Part shown: piece by piece, positions 29,332 through 38,932 of the stretch
Layout: every line of letters begins with the position of its first letter
How positions within the stretch are numbered: the stretch's first letter is position 1
Made by a program: the position numbers and the translations under genes
Origin: a virus
Virus record (IMG/VR): IMGVR_UViG_3300035698_015907
Length of the DNA: 64,000 nucleotides
Strand: one strand, 5' to 3'
The notes under the pieces: generated by a model
Databases searched by the model: none
Seen by the model: only the letters and a program-made list of their open reading frames with translations
Told to the model about the DNA's origin: nothing

Positions 29332-32077
29332 AATACCTAATCACCGTCCCAGTCTCGGAACTCTTGCAAAAAGAGTTGGAAAAAATCTAAAAGATCAAAC
29401 AGTATCTAACGTTAAGTCGCGTATACGCTATGCTTTGACTGGAGGAATAGGCAATAGTGGTATTGGTGATCTATTCAGACCAACAAGTGATGAACAAAAT
29501 GATTCATCTACTGGTTCATCATTTCTAGATAGTGTTTTAACTTCTGCGGTTAATAACATGTATATGGATGATTTAGTATTTGGTGATCCACAAACTTATG
29601 AACAGCTAGATCCCATGGAGGGAGAAACTGCACAAGTTATAAAGAGCATCGAAAGAAATATAGGTCTTTTGGATAGAAAGACTCGTGCTCTTGATAATGC
29701 TATTGCTAGCAATGCTCGTATATTAAAAGATAATCAAAATTCACTTAAGCAGACTCAGTCTATAGTACAAGATGCTATTCGTGAAATGTCTCATGACCGA
29801 TTTAAAAGAATCGAAAATGAGATGGAAATGAAAGTAGAATTAGAAGAGCAGATAAAGCGAGCGGTTGCTGATGAAGTCGCAAGACAGAATGAACTAAATA
29901 ATTCTTCACTACAAACACCTAGCGTATTAGATAATATGCTAAATGCGATATTCTCTTTAGGTAGTAATGCTGCTGTTGGCGCTGGAATAGGTGTAGCTGG
30001 AGGTGTAGCTGGCGCAGGATTAACTTCTGCAGGTAGAGCAGGAATAGCTGCTCTTGGAGGAGCGGGATCGTCACTTCTTAGATTATTAGGTCCAGTTGGC
30101 GTTGCAGCTGCAGTTCTTGCACCAACAGAAGTGGGCAATGCAGAACTACCTCAAGATACTTCTGGTTTGATAACAGATCCTAATGATCCGCGACTTAAGT
30201 CACCTAATAGCGGTAATGTAAATCCTCAACAGCAAGTAGATGCTGGTCAGATAAACTACGAAAATTTGATCAGTGATTTAGATAATTCTAGATTAACAGA
30301 ATCAGAAAATTTCTTAGGTGAATATCAAAGATTTGAGCTTTATGCTGATAGGTTTTTCGCTCATTCGCAGAATATAGGATTTGATGCTAGATCAGAACTT
30401 GATATGCAAGCAGGTGGGCCTATAAGAATTAGTTCTGGAACTAGTATTACACTATCAGCTCCTCTTATAGAGATAATAGGCAATCTAAAACTATCTAGTC
30501 TTGATGAAGCTGGATCTAGCGCTGGAGGTTCTGCGGGTGCTGGCGGATTTAAACGCGGTGCAGGAGGAGAAAAATTCTACCCAGGAAGCTTTGATCCTAA
30601 AACAGGTAGACCTATTGCTGGAATATCAGGCGGCGGTGGCGATACTGGGACGCTTATTGCAAGAGGTGAATCTGGTGCAGCAGGTTATAATGCTTATAAT
30701 ACTGGATCAGCAGGAAGAACAGGCAAGCCTTTAGATCTTGCCGGTATGACTATCGGTGAAATCATGCAGATGCAATCTTCTGGTAAAGTGTTTGCTGTTG
30801 GAAAATATCAGATAACAACTAATACTATGCGAGAAGCAGTGAAAGCGCTTGGTCTCGATCCTAATCAGAAATTCGATGCATCAATGCAAGAGAGAATTTA
30901 TAGAGATTATTTGATCGATGAAAGGCGACCTGCTATCAGAGATTATATAACAGGAAAAAGTAATGATATAAATGCTGCAACTCTTGCAATGTCACAAGAA
31001 TTTGCGGCTGTTGCAGATCCACACACAGGCAAAAGCCATTATGATGGTATAGCTGGAAACAGTTCATCTATATCTGCAACAGAAATGCAAAGTGCATTAG
31101 ACAGAGAAAAAGCTGCATATGATTCTAATATAAAATCTGGTATGAGTCCAGAAGAAGCTTGGTTAGGTATATCTGGCAAAGTAAATGAAATGAAAGAAGC
31201 TGGTTCTGATTCTGTTGCTGGTGGAACTAAGCGTGTTAGACAGCTTCAAGGAACTCACGCAAGAATAAGAAAGGGTGATTTAGATTCAAATTTTAGTAAT
31301 ACGCTAGAATTAACAGCACAAGAACTTTCTGAATCTACTGGCAGAAATATTGAATTTGAAGTAACATCTGGCGGTCAGAGGATGCATGGAGCACCCGGTG
31401 CAACTGGTACTCATGAGCACGATGATGGTATGGCAGGAGATTTTAATATGGTTGAAATCTTGCCAAATGGTGAGAAACGCGTTCTAGATCCAAGAAAAAA
31501 AGAAGACGCTGTTATTATTAACAAAGGCGTAGAAATTTTCGCCGGTAATGGTGGCAGATCAGCAGGTGCTCAATATATGGGTGATCCTACAAAGCTCCAC
31601 TTTGGTGTTTCTAGAAATAATCCTGCTGCATATGCAGGTTCTAAAGATTTTAAAGAATCATTTAATAGTGGCCGTGGAAACTACATTGAAGAAGCAAGCC
31701 AAAATGGTTGGAATCAAAGAGATGGCTATATAGATTTATATCAAAAAGAACAAAAAGCTAGAGAAGAAGCTGCGAGGGCTAGATCGGCACAAGCAACGGG
31801 TGCTAAAGAGAATACTGTTCCGGAAGGATATTTAGATAAAAACAATATTGTAACGGGAAATTCTGATAATAATATTGTTGAAATTTCAGTCGGTGATCCT
31901 AGCAAAAGCTCAGATGCATCAGAAGTTATAAAGAAAGAAATGGATAGACAAAAATCTGATTCAATGCTTGCTCCAGTAGAACAAGTTTCTGCTATGAAAA
32001 AGCAGAAAAATTCTCATGATGGTGTGAATATGTCATCAATGGATCTTATGATGTACGCAGAAACTGCAATAGTATAA
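29324..32077 (+). CDS. gp29: tape measure / hub protein gp29-like with lysozyme-like and M15-like peptidase domains
   Basis: Position after gp26-gp51; coiled coil and Gly/Ala hydrophobic stretch; GES..YN..MTIGEI..AVGKYQI..FD..Q muramidase; VTSG..HxxGxAxD..LHF peptidase. Confidence 0.7.
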   Translation: MVKIPNHRPSLGTLAKRVGKNLKDQTVSNVKSRIRYALTGGIGNSGIGDLFRPTSDEQNDSSTGSSFLDSVLTSAVNNMYMDDLVFGDPQTYEQLDPMEGETAQVIKSIERNIGLLDRKTRALDNAIASNARILKDNQNSLKQTQSIVQDAIREMSHDRFKRIENEMEMKVELEEQIKRAVADEVARQNELNNSSLQTPSVLDNMLNAIFSLGSNAAVGAGIGVAGGVAGAGLTSAGRAGIAALGGAGSSLLRLLGPVGVAAAVLAPTEVGNAELPQDTSGLITDPNDPRLKSPNSGNVNPQQQVDAGQINYENLISDLDNSRLTESENFLGEYQRFELYADRFFAHSQNIGFDARSELDMQAGGPIRISSGTSITLSAPLIEIIGNLKLSSLDEAGSSAGGSAGAGGFKRGAGGEKFYPGSFDPKTGRPIAGISGGGGDTGTLIARGESGAAGYNAYNTGSAGRTGKPLDLAGMTIGEIMQMQSSGKVFAVGKYQITTNTMREAVKALGLDPNQKFDASMQERIYRDYLIDERRPAIRDYITGKSNDINAATLAMSQEFAAVADPHTGKSHYDGIAGNSSSISATEMQSALDREKAAYDSNIKSGMSPEEAWLGISGKVNEMKEAGSDSVAGGTKRVRQLQGTHARIRKGDLDSNFSNTLELTAQELSESTGRNIEFEVTSGGQRMHGAPGATGTHEHDDGMAGDFNMVEILPNGEKRVLDPRKKEDAVIINKGVEIFAGNGGRSAGAQYMGDPTKLHFGVSRNNPAAYAGSKDFKESFNSGRGNYIEEASQNGWNQRDGYIDLYQKEQKAREEAARARSAQATGAKENTVPEGYLDKNNIVTGNSDNNIVEISVGDPSKSSDASEVIKKEMDRQKSDSMLAPVEQVSAMKKQKNSHDGVNMSSMDLMMYAETAIV

Positions 32078-32105
32078 AAATTAGGGGGCTCGAAAGCCCC
32101 CTAAT
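32076..32105 (-). terminator. Rho-independent terminator between convergent gp29 and gp32
   Basis: 11-bp stem attagggggct/agccccctaat, UUCG loop on - strand, U-tract. Confidence 0.9.
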
Positions 32106-32110
32106 CAATT

Positions 32111-33064
32111 TTAATCTTCCTTCAATAGACCTTTAAAATAATCTAATGTTGAATCTCCATCATCACTAGTACTAGTACTAGTATCAAACGGGGCATCAGC
32201 AGCAACAAGCTTCTTCTCTTCCTTCTTAGGTTCGGGCTTCGGCTTAGCAGGTGCTTCATCTTCATCAGATGACACATCAGTCATCCTCATATCAAGAACA
32301 TTATATAGCTTCTTCTTAAGTTCAGCATATGGCTTGAACAAAGCGTATCCATTAACATCCTTGCCTTCTGGATTGATGAATTGCTTAAGAGACTGGATCT
32401 TTTCATAGACCTTCTCTATTTCATCATCTTCTCCATCTAGTAAAGATGACTGCTCATCGAATGACGAATTATCATAATTAAGATAACCTTCAACCTTTCT
32501 GATCTTGAGCTTAAAGTTTGCTCCTTCCCAGAAGTCATAAGGTACGATAGGCTTCTCTTCAAACTCTACAGGCGGATTCATTGCTTCCTTGATCTTGTTA
32601 TAGATCTTGGTTCCAATCCTATAAAGGAATACCTGGCCTTCATTTTGAGGCTGGGCTGGGTCCTTTACTACATAGATGTTTGTAAGATAATGTAGACGCC
32701 TCTTCTGTCGGCGAACTGTATCCTTATCTTCTTCTCTACCAGAATTCCATAGCTTCTGATTTAGTTCAGAAACAGGGTCTTCCTTTCCAATTGATGTAAG
32801 AGAATTTTCGATATACCACTTTCCAGAAGGACCCTGGAAGCCGTGGTCATATACAGATACAAAAGGTACAACTAGATCATCTTCTTCCTTAGAAGGCAGA
32901 AAACGAATTACAGCATAGCCATTTCCGGCTTTGTCTGTCTGAGGACGCCAAAATCTGGTATCTTCTACTCTTTTTCTAGATGATGGATCAAGCTTTGCAA
33001 CTTCATCAGCAAGCTTTTCAGCGGAGGTATTTTTACGGCGAGATTTATAGTTAGCGAACGACAT
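32111..33064 (-). CDS. gp32: single-stranded DNA-binding protein gp32
   Basis: DTRFW..DKAGNGYAVIRFLP, HGFQGPSGKWYIENSLT, FWEGANFKLKIRKV, acidic tail. Confidence 0.97.
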   Translation of the reverse strand: MSFANYKSRRKNTSAEKLADEVAKLDPSSRKRVEDTRFWRPQTDKAGNGYAVIRFLPSKEEDDLVVPFVSVYDHGFQGPSGKWYIENSLTSIGKEDPVSELNQKLWNSGREEDKDTVRRQKRRLHYLTNIYVVKDPAQPQNEGQVFLYRIGTKIYNKIKEAMNPPVEFEEKPIVPYDFWEGANFKLKIRKVEGYLNYDNSSFDEQSSLLDGEDDEIEKVYEKIQSLKQFINPEGKDVNGYALFKPYAELKKKLYNVLDMRMTDVSSDEDEAPAKPKPEPKKEEKKLVAADAPFDTSTSTSDDGDSTLDYFKGLLKED

Positions 33065-33129
33065 TTATTTCATGCAACTCCTTTGCAACCTATTACAACA
33101 TAACAACTTAAGTCGTTTTCACGACTTAC

Positions 33130-33167
33130 TATTTATATATCTTACACTGTTTTTGTGAATTTGTCAA
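33130..33167 (-). promoter_or_regulatory. tandem early (sigma70) and late promoters for gp32
   Basis: TTGACA(33162-67)-N17-TAAGAT(33139-44) then TATAAATA (33130-37). Confidence 0.75.
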
Positions 33168-33747
33168 CAACTATTTTACGAAAAGACTTAAGTTTCTCAT
33201 CGTCTATATTCAAAAATTTAGAATATGTTTTCAGAATATTATACTTTTCTGGCCATATCACTGGATCATTTATTTTTTTATTCCACCTAGATAATACTTC
33301 AGTAAGTTTATTGATTATAATCACAGTTTCTAATGATACATCTTTTTCTAATAACATTTCTAATAATCTAGGATGTTGACCATCTACGACATTCAAAGCA
33401 TCATTAAATGAAATATCAATTTTTCCTATGTCTTGTTTAAACATATAGGTTAATGAATCTCTACGTTTAACCCACAAAGCATAGCGTTCTTCTCCTTCTT
33501 GATTTATTATATCTGTTATCCAAAAATTCGGATTTTCAATTAGTGATGCAATAATATATCCTTCTGGATCTTTTTTCTTTGATAGCTTATGAAAAAAATA
33601 TCTATCCTTTCTTTCCATAAATTTATCAAATTTAGTATTCATCTTTCCATTGTATTTGAAATAATCATATCCTCTGTTTGCAAAATGCGAACGCAATGCA
33701 AGAAACATCACATAAGCATCATATGCATCATAAGAATGCTTCTCCAT
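33142..33747 (-). CDS. gp59: helicase loader gp59
   Basis: AYVMFLALRSHF..YDYFKYNGK..RKDRYFFHKL..HPRLL..SLET. Confidence 0.92.
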   Translation of the reverse strand: MEKHSYDAYDAYVMFLALRSHFANRGYDYFKYNGKMNTKFDKFMERKDRYFFHKLSKKKDPEGYIIASLIENPNFWITDIINQEGEERYALWVKRRDSLTYMFKQDIGKIDISFNDALNVVDGQHPRLLEMLLEKDVSLETVIIINKLTEVLSRWNKKINDPVIWPEKYNILKTYSKFLNIDDEKLKSFRKIVVDKFTKTV

Positions 33748-33981
33748 TTATATAGGAAGTCTCCTAGTTTTAGGTAAAAGATTCATATCTTCAGCTTCAA
33801 CTTGTAATTTACTTTTTAGAGGTTCGGATTTTTTTATAATAGCAGCGGCAGTTTCTATCTCAATACCATTCCTTTCACAATATTCTACTATAACATCAAA
33901 ATATTCAGCGCCAGTATCTTCTACTTTGCGTTCTATTGCTCTTAACATTTCAATGGAATCTAGCATTCCATTAACTTTCAT
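33748..33981 (-). CDS. gp33: late transcription coactivator gp33
   Basis: IERKV..YFDVIVEYCE.NGIE.E..LKSKLQVEA..NLLPKT. Confidence 0.9.
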   Translation of the reverse strand: MKVNGMLDSIEMLRAIERKVEDTGAEYFDVIVEYCERNGIEIETAAAIIKKSEPLKSKLQVEAEDMNLLPKTRRLPI

Positions 33982-34661
33982 AAATGATTAATCTCCTCAA
34001 ATTCCTTTCTTATTTCTAAAAACTTTCCTATATAATCTCGGGATTTCTTTTTGAAAACCTTAGCTATAGGATCACCATCTCTCATTATTATAACAACTAT
34101 ATCTTCAAGTGTAATACCAAACATTTCATATGCCATAAAAGCATATGCAGCACCTTGCATGAAATATGATTCAATATCAGTTTCATACTTATCTCTAGCA
34201 CTAGTTTTAAAATCGACAATAGATTGGACGCCATCAAACTCTGCTATTAAATCAGCAGTGCCCGCAGATTTTAATCTACGAGAAAACATTTGTATTTCTG
34301 TGTGAAAAATATTATCTACGGAAATATCTAATACATTTTTAATAGGTATAAAATCCACTAAAATGAATGGATTCACATCTACACTATTAAGTCTATTATT
34401 AAGATAATCCTCACATAACTCATGCACCGCTGTGCCTCTCAGAGAGGCTCGCTGTGAGACTAGGTTAGCCTCCTCCTCACCAACACGAGCCCTCCACTCG
34501 CTTATGTGTGTGTCACTGAGCATAGACAGGACAGAGGTGACTGACGGAAAAGCGTCCCCGCCAGGCACTCTGTATAGTCTGTGTAGTTCCGAATCGATGC
34601 GCTCAATTGGAACGTACTTATCTTCTGGAAAAGATAAGTGAGTAAATGATTTGTGTTGCAT
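33978..34661 (-). CDS. PD-(D/E)XK (Cas4-like) exonuclease
   Basis: PSVTSVL..W..RVG..RGT.VH..CE, AGTADLIAEF..IVDFKTS, YFMQ..AYA. Confidence 0.85.
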   Translation of the reverse strand: MQHKSFTHLSFPEDKYVPIERIDSELHRLYRVPGGDAFPSVTSVLSMLSDTHISEWRARVGEEEANLVSQRASLRGTAVHELCEDYLNNRLNSVDVNPFILVDFIPIKNVLDISVDNIFHTEIQMFSRRLKSAGTADLIAEFDGVQSIVDFKTSARDKYETDIESYFMQGAAYAFMAYEMFGITLEDIVVIIMRDGDPIAKVFKKKSRDYIGKFLEIRKEFEEINHL

Positions 34662-34665
34662 AGAA

Positions 34666-35436
34666 CTAGAATGTTATACCTAATCTGTTTTTGTTGATTA
34701 TATAATCTCTAACGAGACCAGACCTAACAATGTCATCTTCCGTAAATTCAACGTGATCAAACGATTTCATACTATCTATAATACTCATAAAACCTTTGAG
34801 ACCATTTTTCTCATGTGATCTTGTAAAATCACTTTGACTATAATCTCCACAAAATATGATTCTTGAATTATCACCTACTCTTGTTATAATAGAGTCTAAT
34901 TCATGTCCTGATAAATTAGAACATTCATCAACAATGATAATAGAATTAGATATAGTAGTTCCTCTTACAAATGATGTAGGAAGAAAATTTACTATCTTTT
35001 TTAATTTAAGAATCTGATAAGCATCAGCTCTGCCAAAAAGCTCATTAAAAATTGCTTGGTAAGGAGCTTCATAAACTTCTAATTTTTCTTTAGTTGAGCC
35101 AGGTAAAAATCCTATATCTCTTGTCGGCACTGCCGATCTAACTAAAGTTATTCTATTATGCTTACTTTTAGAATCTAATATTCTCTGTAAAGCCAAATAT
35201 ATCGAAATAAAGGTTTTACCAGTTCCTGCAGAACCATGTAAAAGAAGATGTTTACCACTTTCAAAAGATTCAAATACTTTAGATTGGTTGATTGTTTTTG
35301 GTTGCACCTCATTTAATATGAGATTTTCATCTACTTTAATTGGTTCTCCGTGCTTTTTTCTGCCTCTTCTTGTTGCTTTGACCCTCTTTTCCGTGGGTAC
35401 TTTTCGGTCCTCTTCTTCAACGAGACCTTCAAACAT
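34666..35436 (-). CDS. phoH: PhoH family ATPase
   Basis: GSAGTGKT Walker A, RSAVPTRDIGFLPG, RGTT, IIVDECSN, IFCGD..QSD, DIVRSGLV. Confidence 0.95.
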   Translation of the reverse strand: MFEGLVEEEDRKVPTEKRVKATRRGRKKHGEPIKVDENLILNEVQPKTINQSKVFESFESGKHLLLHGSAGTGKTFISIYLALQRILDSKSKHNRITLVRSAVPTRDIGFLPGSTKEKLEVYEAPYQAIFNELFGRADAYQILKLKKIVNFLPTSFVRGTTISNSIIIVDECSNLSGHELDSIITRVGDNSRIIFCGDYSQSDFTRSHEKNGLKGFMSIIDSMKSFDHVEFTEDDIVRSGLVRDYIINKNRLGITF

Positions 35437-35447
35437 ATTTGCTATTC

Positions 35448-35690
35448 CTAGAATGTGTTGACGTTTCCTTTCGGGTGCGCCTCCTTGACTCTTGATAATA
35501 CTTCTCTAAATCCATTGTCAGGCTTTGAATTTACGCCTTTAGATGAAACTAGATTCTGTTTAATCAGTCCGGGAGTATCAATTCCTCTCTTTACATTAGG
35601 ATGTTTTTCGAGATAATCATTTATCTCAGAGAACTTCATAATTTCGTTATAAATGTCTCCATTTTCTGCTACAAAATTATAACTGGGCAT
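35448..35690 (-). CDS. FmdB-like small protein
   Basis: MPSYNF..YLEKHP..KPDNGFREVLSRVK..HP, usual gene upstream of phoH in T4-like phages. Confidence 0.65.
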   Translation of the reverse strand: MPSYNFVAENGDIYNEIMKFSEINDYLEKHPNVKRGIDTPGLIKQNLVSSKGVNSKPDNGFREVLSRVKEAHPKGNVNTF

Positions 35691-35878
35691 TATTCATATT
35701 CCTGATCATCTTCATCTTTTTTCTGAAATTCATCTAAAGGATCGAGTTTTCGGCTTCGATGAAATATTTTCTCATCTTTAACTTTCATTTTCTTATTTTT
35801 TTGCCTACGATAATTCGTATTACCATCATGGCTTTCGAAGCTATCGAATTTATCGAAGCTTCTATATGTTTTGCCCAT
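35690..35878 (-). CDS. hypothetical charged protein (62 aa)
   Basis: ATG 35878 (MGKTYR) right after upstream stop; the track's longer start overlaps the previous gene. Confidence 0.55.
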   Translation of the reverse strand: MGKTYRSFDKFDSFESHDGNTNYRRQKNKKMKVKDEKIFHRSRKLDPLDEFQKKDEDDQEYE

Positions 35879-35879
35879 T

Positions 35880-36335
35880 TTACTCGGCAGCCTCCTTACT
35901 CTTTGCTTTCTTTGTTTTGAATGGATCAAAAATACCCGGATACGCAGCTTCAAATACTGCATCTGTAATTTTATAAGGGAATTTTTTATCTTTAACGGAG
36001 CACAGTAATGCTGCGTCAAGAGGATCTAACTGTTCAAGAAACTGAATAAAGAGGGATTCGCGTTTAAGACTGGGCATTTCACCAGCATTAGGATTTGGCA
36101 CAAACAAATACATCCTTCTCCAAGAAGAATATAAATTGCCTTGATTATCTAGCTGTTCATTCTTATTATATGGTGGCACTCCATCTGGGAGAAGCCACTT
36201 CATATTTTTATCTTTGTATAATCTAAGAATATCACGAATTACTGGTGAATCATACTTTTGTAGTATGTTCACTTTTTCATTTTTCGTTTTAGCTTCTTCT
36301 ACCTTTTGAAATATTTCAGATACACCGAAATGCAT
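35880..36335 (-). CDS. conserved T4-like hypothetical (DUF6433-like)
   Basis: WLLPDGVPPY..LYSSWRRMYLF..KRESLFIQFLEQL..A.LL..VKDKK; AGGAG RBS. Confidence 0.7.
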   Translation of the reverse strand: MHFGVSEIFQKVEEAKTKNEKVNILQKYDSPVIRDILRLYKDKNMKWLLPDGVPPYNKNEQLDNQGNLYSSWRRMYLFVPNPNAGEMPSLKRESLFIQFLEQLDPLDAALLCSVKDKKFPYKITDAVFEAAYPGIFDPFKTKKAKSKEAAE

Positions 36336-36345
36336 TTATATTCTC

Positions 36346-37209
36346 CTAAAATTCATTTATATTTTCGAATAGATTGACCAGTCTTTTATCCATAAAGTAC
36401 TTTACAAGTTTACTTCTATCCCCTTCTTTTTGGGAATTAAAGCTTTCTAATATACCAGTTTTGATATTATCTGGCACGCATTCGACATCTACCATTGTTT
36501 TGTTGCGTATAAAATTATCTTTCTCAGATATATCAAGACACGCATCAATAGGATCTTCAACAGACATAAATCGTGCCATGACCTTTTTAGTCACTGGCTT
36601 CTGCCTAATTCCCATAACAAATGAATTATCTGGTGATAGAACATTAGGGACGCCGTCCCCAACATCACCACGAATGATGTGTTCAACTAAGTACTTTTTT
36701 GGATCATTATGTACAATCATACGTTTATTTATTGGATCATATTGTTCAACATTCGGAAATTTTTGTAATTGTATAAAATCTTTGTCACTAGATACAATCA
36801 AAATGCGATTTTGATTATTAAGAAACTCTGTACTTCCTTTAGCTGCTAGTACAGCTATAACGTCATCTGCTTCCGCTCGAGGAAAATCTACTACTTTGTA
36901 GGGGAATACTTCTATTAAATCTGTCTTAACAATATCTAATAGAGAAAATATTTTATTCCAATCTAGTGTTAACTTATCTCTTGATTTCTTTCTACTAGCT
37001 TTATAATGTACATAAACATCTTTTCGCCATGATTTGCCACTATCAGCACATATAACTAATTCACCAAAATCATTCTTAAATCTCTTTCTGACAGATCTAA
37101 GTGAATTTAATATCATATGTCTAAGTAGATTTTCGTCTAATTCATCTGTGTTTTTAATAGATTGAAATAGATTTGAAAACATGATTTGAGATAAATCGAC
37201 TAATATCAT
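36346..37209 (-). CDS. rnh: T4-type RNase H (5'-3' exonuclease)
   Basis: MILVD, LRHMILNS, WRKD..YKASRK, EADDVI, SSDKDFIQL, GDVGDGVPN. Confidence 0.95.
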   Translation of the reverse strand: MILVDLSQIMFSNLFQSIKNTDELDENLLRHMILNSLRSVRKRFKNDFGELVICADSGKSWRKDVYVHYKASRKKSRDKLTLDWNKIFSLLDIVKTDLIEVFPYKVVDFPRAEADDVIAVLAAKGSTEFLNNQNRILIVSSDKDFIQLQKFPNVEQYDPINKRMIVHNDPKKYLVEHIIRGDVGDGVPNVLSPDNSFVMGIRQKPVTKKVMARFMSVEDPIDACLDISEKDNFIRNKTMVDVECVPDNIKTGILESFNSQKEGDRSKLVKYFMDKRLVNLFENINEF

Positions 37210-38183
37210 AGTTGGCCTCTTAGAAACATATCCCACTCAATTTCTCTAACATCCCAAGAATAGAATGTATCAATATACTGAGAAGCATTAAACAGTCTTG
37301 TGTTCATAGCTCCAGATCTAGTGAGATCGATTGTCTGTCTTAACATATGGGTGAATATACCAGCATGGTCTCTTACACTATTTTGATATTGGTACATCAT
37401 AGTCCAATTAGCAGAAGTCTCATATAATGCAGCATAATTTGAATGAACACAAGCTAATCCAGCTGACATTGCTTCTATCAATGATATACAGCTAGTCTCA
37501 GGCCACTTTGATGGATATGCAAAAATATCATACTCAGGCAATTTCTTAACCAGGTCTTCGTGTGGAACAGCACCATGATAATTAATTGCGGGATGATTTT
37601 TCAGAAAAGAAAAAAGCTCTTCATATTCTTTGTCTCTTTCTTCCCAGCCATAAATGGAAAAACTAGAAAAGACATCGAGCGTAATATTCTTATCAACATT
37701 TTCATAGATATGATTAAATGCTGATGCTAATATATCTAAACCTCTGTGGGGTGTAGTATGATAAACCAATTTGATTGGTTCATCGGAAGGTATTATACCT
37801 TCTCGCTGACGCTTTTCTAAAGGTATAATAGCGTTTTTAATAACTTCGCATTTATACCATGGAATTGAAAAATGCTTAATATATGCTTGCATCTGCCAGT
37901 TGCTAACGAAAACTAGCTTATCAAAATGATTGTATCCACCTTCTTTTAAGAAGTTAGCTTCGGGGTCTTCAGGAAGATCGTGAGCAACAAATATCTTTTT
38001 CTTTGAATTATCTAAGTCTCTTACTCTTGAATGAATTATCTGAAAATTGCTTAATAATTCAGGATCAATCCGTTTAATCATTTCTTCAGCAATTAATTCT
38101 GTACCACCTCGAGCTTTGTTAGTAGTATCTTCTCGAATTAATTTGCCACCTAATATTTGAACCATATAGTTCCTATACTCCAT
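37206..38183 (-). CDS. GT-B (GT4-like) glycosyltransferase
   Basis: GGTE, FVSNWQ, YHTTPHRGL, AYPS..PETSCISLIEAMSAG (ExxxxxxxE). Confidence 0.88.
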   Translation of the reverse strand: MEYRNYMVQILGGKLIREDTTNKARGGTELIAEEMIKRIDPELLSNFQIIHSRVRDLDNSKKKIFVAHDLPEDPEANFLKEGGYNHFDKLVFVSNWQMQAYIKHFSIPWYKCEVIKNAIIPLEKRQREGIIPSDEPIKLVYHTTPHRGLDILASAFNHIYENVDKNITLDVFSSFSIYGWEERDKEYEELFSFLKNHPAINYHGAVPHEDLVKKLPEYDIFAYPSKWPETSCISLIEAMSAGLACVHSNYAALYETSANWTMMYQYQNSVRDHAGIFTHMLRQTIDLTRSGAMNTRLFNASQYIDTFYSWDVREIEWDMFLRGQL

Positions 38184-38194
38184 TAAAGCATTTT

Positions 38195-38223
38195 ATTCTA
38201 ACACAGTTATCTGCATATGTCAA
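38195..38223 (-). promoter_or_regulatory. sigma70-type early promoter
   Basis: TTGACA(38218-23)-N17-TAGAAT(38195-200) upstream of the glycosyltransferase. Confidence 0.75.
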
Positions 38224-38259
38224 TAAATATATCACTTGTGAATAAACCTGGAGTTCAAA

Positions 38260-38649
38260 ATGGAAGAAAAGAATAATATAATAAAGTTTCCTATTGATAA
38301 CACAAGGCTAGATCTTAGTGGCATTGCTGTTGACACCGAAGAAATTATGAACAATATTCTTGATATGAAGAAAATATATTTCTCCGAGATTGCAGATGCA
38401 TTAGTTGACGATGTAATGAGAAATGTTGATTCATTATGTTTAGAAGAATCTAGAATGTGGCGCGGCGGTATGGATGTTAAAGATGTTATTTGCATCAAAG
38501 AAGCAATAGTGGCAGGTCTTTGCAGAAGCATGGGTATAAATCATCCACTACATGACATAATGGATAACAACATAACTAGAACAGATGATAGCAAAGAAAC
38601 TAAATATGATAACAACATAAATTATTCATACACATTTAAGCAAGATTAA
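38260..38649 (+). CDS. hypothetical protein (likely late)
   Basis: GGAG RBS; NNIIKFP N-terminus and HPLH motif; AATAAATA at 38222-29. Confidence 0.65.
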   Translation: MEEKNNIIKFPIDNTRLDLSGIAVDTEEIMNNILDMKKIYFSEIADALVDDVMRNVDSLCLEESRMWRGGMDVKDVICIKEAIVAGLCRSMGINHPLHDIMDNNITRTDDSKETKYDNNINYSYTFKQD

Positions 38650-38930
38650 TTCTCTGCGGGAGGATCATCTTCTTTCATCATTTCAATATTATTAACGAAA
38701 TGTATTTCTCTATTGCCGCAGCACATACAAGCAGTTTTCATTATATTCTGAGATGGATCACGCTTATTTACTAAAAAATCGTACCAAACTAAACTATATG
38801 GCCTGCTTCCGCATTTTATGCATTCGCCTTCTAATACATAAAATCTAAAGTCTTTAATATCATCATCAATAGAAATAGCGTCATGTATAGGTCTAGCTTT
38901 TAAATTTGGAAGCTTTTTTGTATTTTTCAT
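38646..38930 (-). CDS. hypothetical zinc-ribbon protein
   Basis: CIKC..CMCC. Confidence 0.5.
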   Translation of the reverse strand: MKNTKKLPNLKARPIHDAISIDDDIKDFRFYVLEGECIKCGSRPYSLVWYDFLVNKRDPSQNIMKTACMCCGNREIHFVNNIEMMKEDDPPAEN

Positions 38931-38932
38931 GA

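Noticed and set aside
34432-34641. 69-aa antisense ORF over the first island as its explanation
   Set aside because: Codon-aligned shadow frame without RBS; the track lists no equivalent ORF over the second island; would not explain the trinucleotide rule
33978-34661. Cas4-like gene as evidence of CRISPR-Cas
   Set aside because: A standard stand-alone T4-like exonuclease; no repeat-spacer array or other cas genes seen
13904-36348. Genome-wide TAG reassignment
   Set aside because: TAG ends gp8, phoH, the FmdB-like gene and rnh at their expected C-termini
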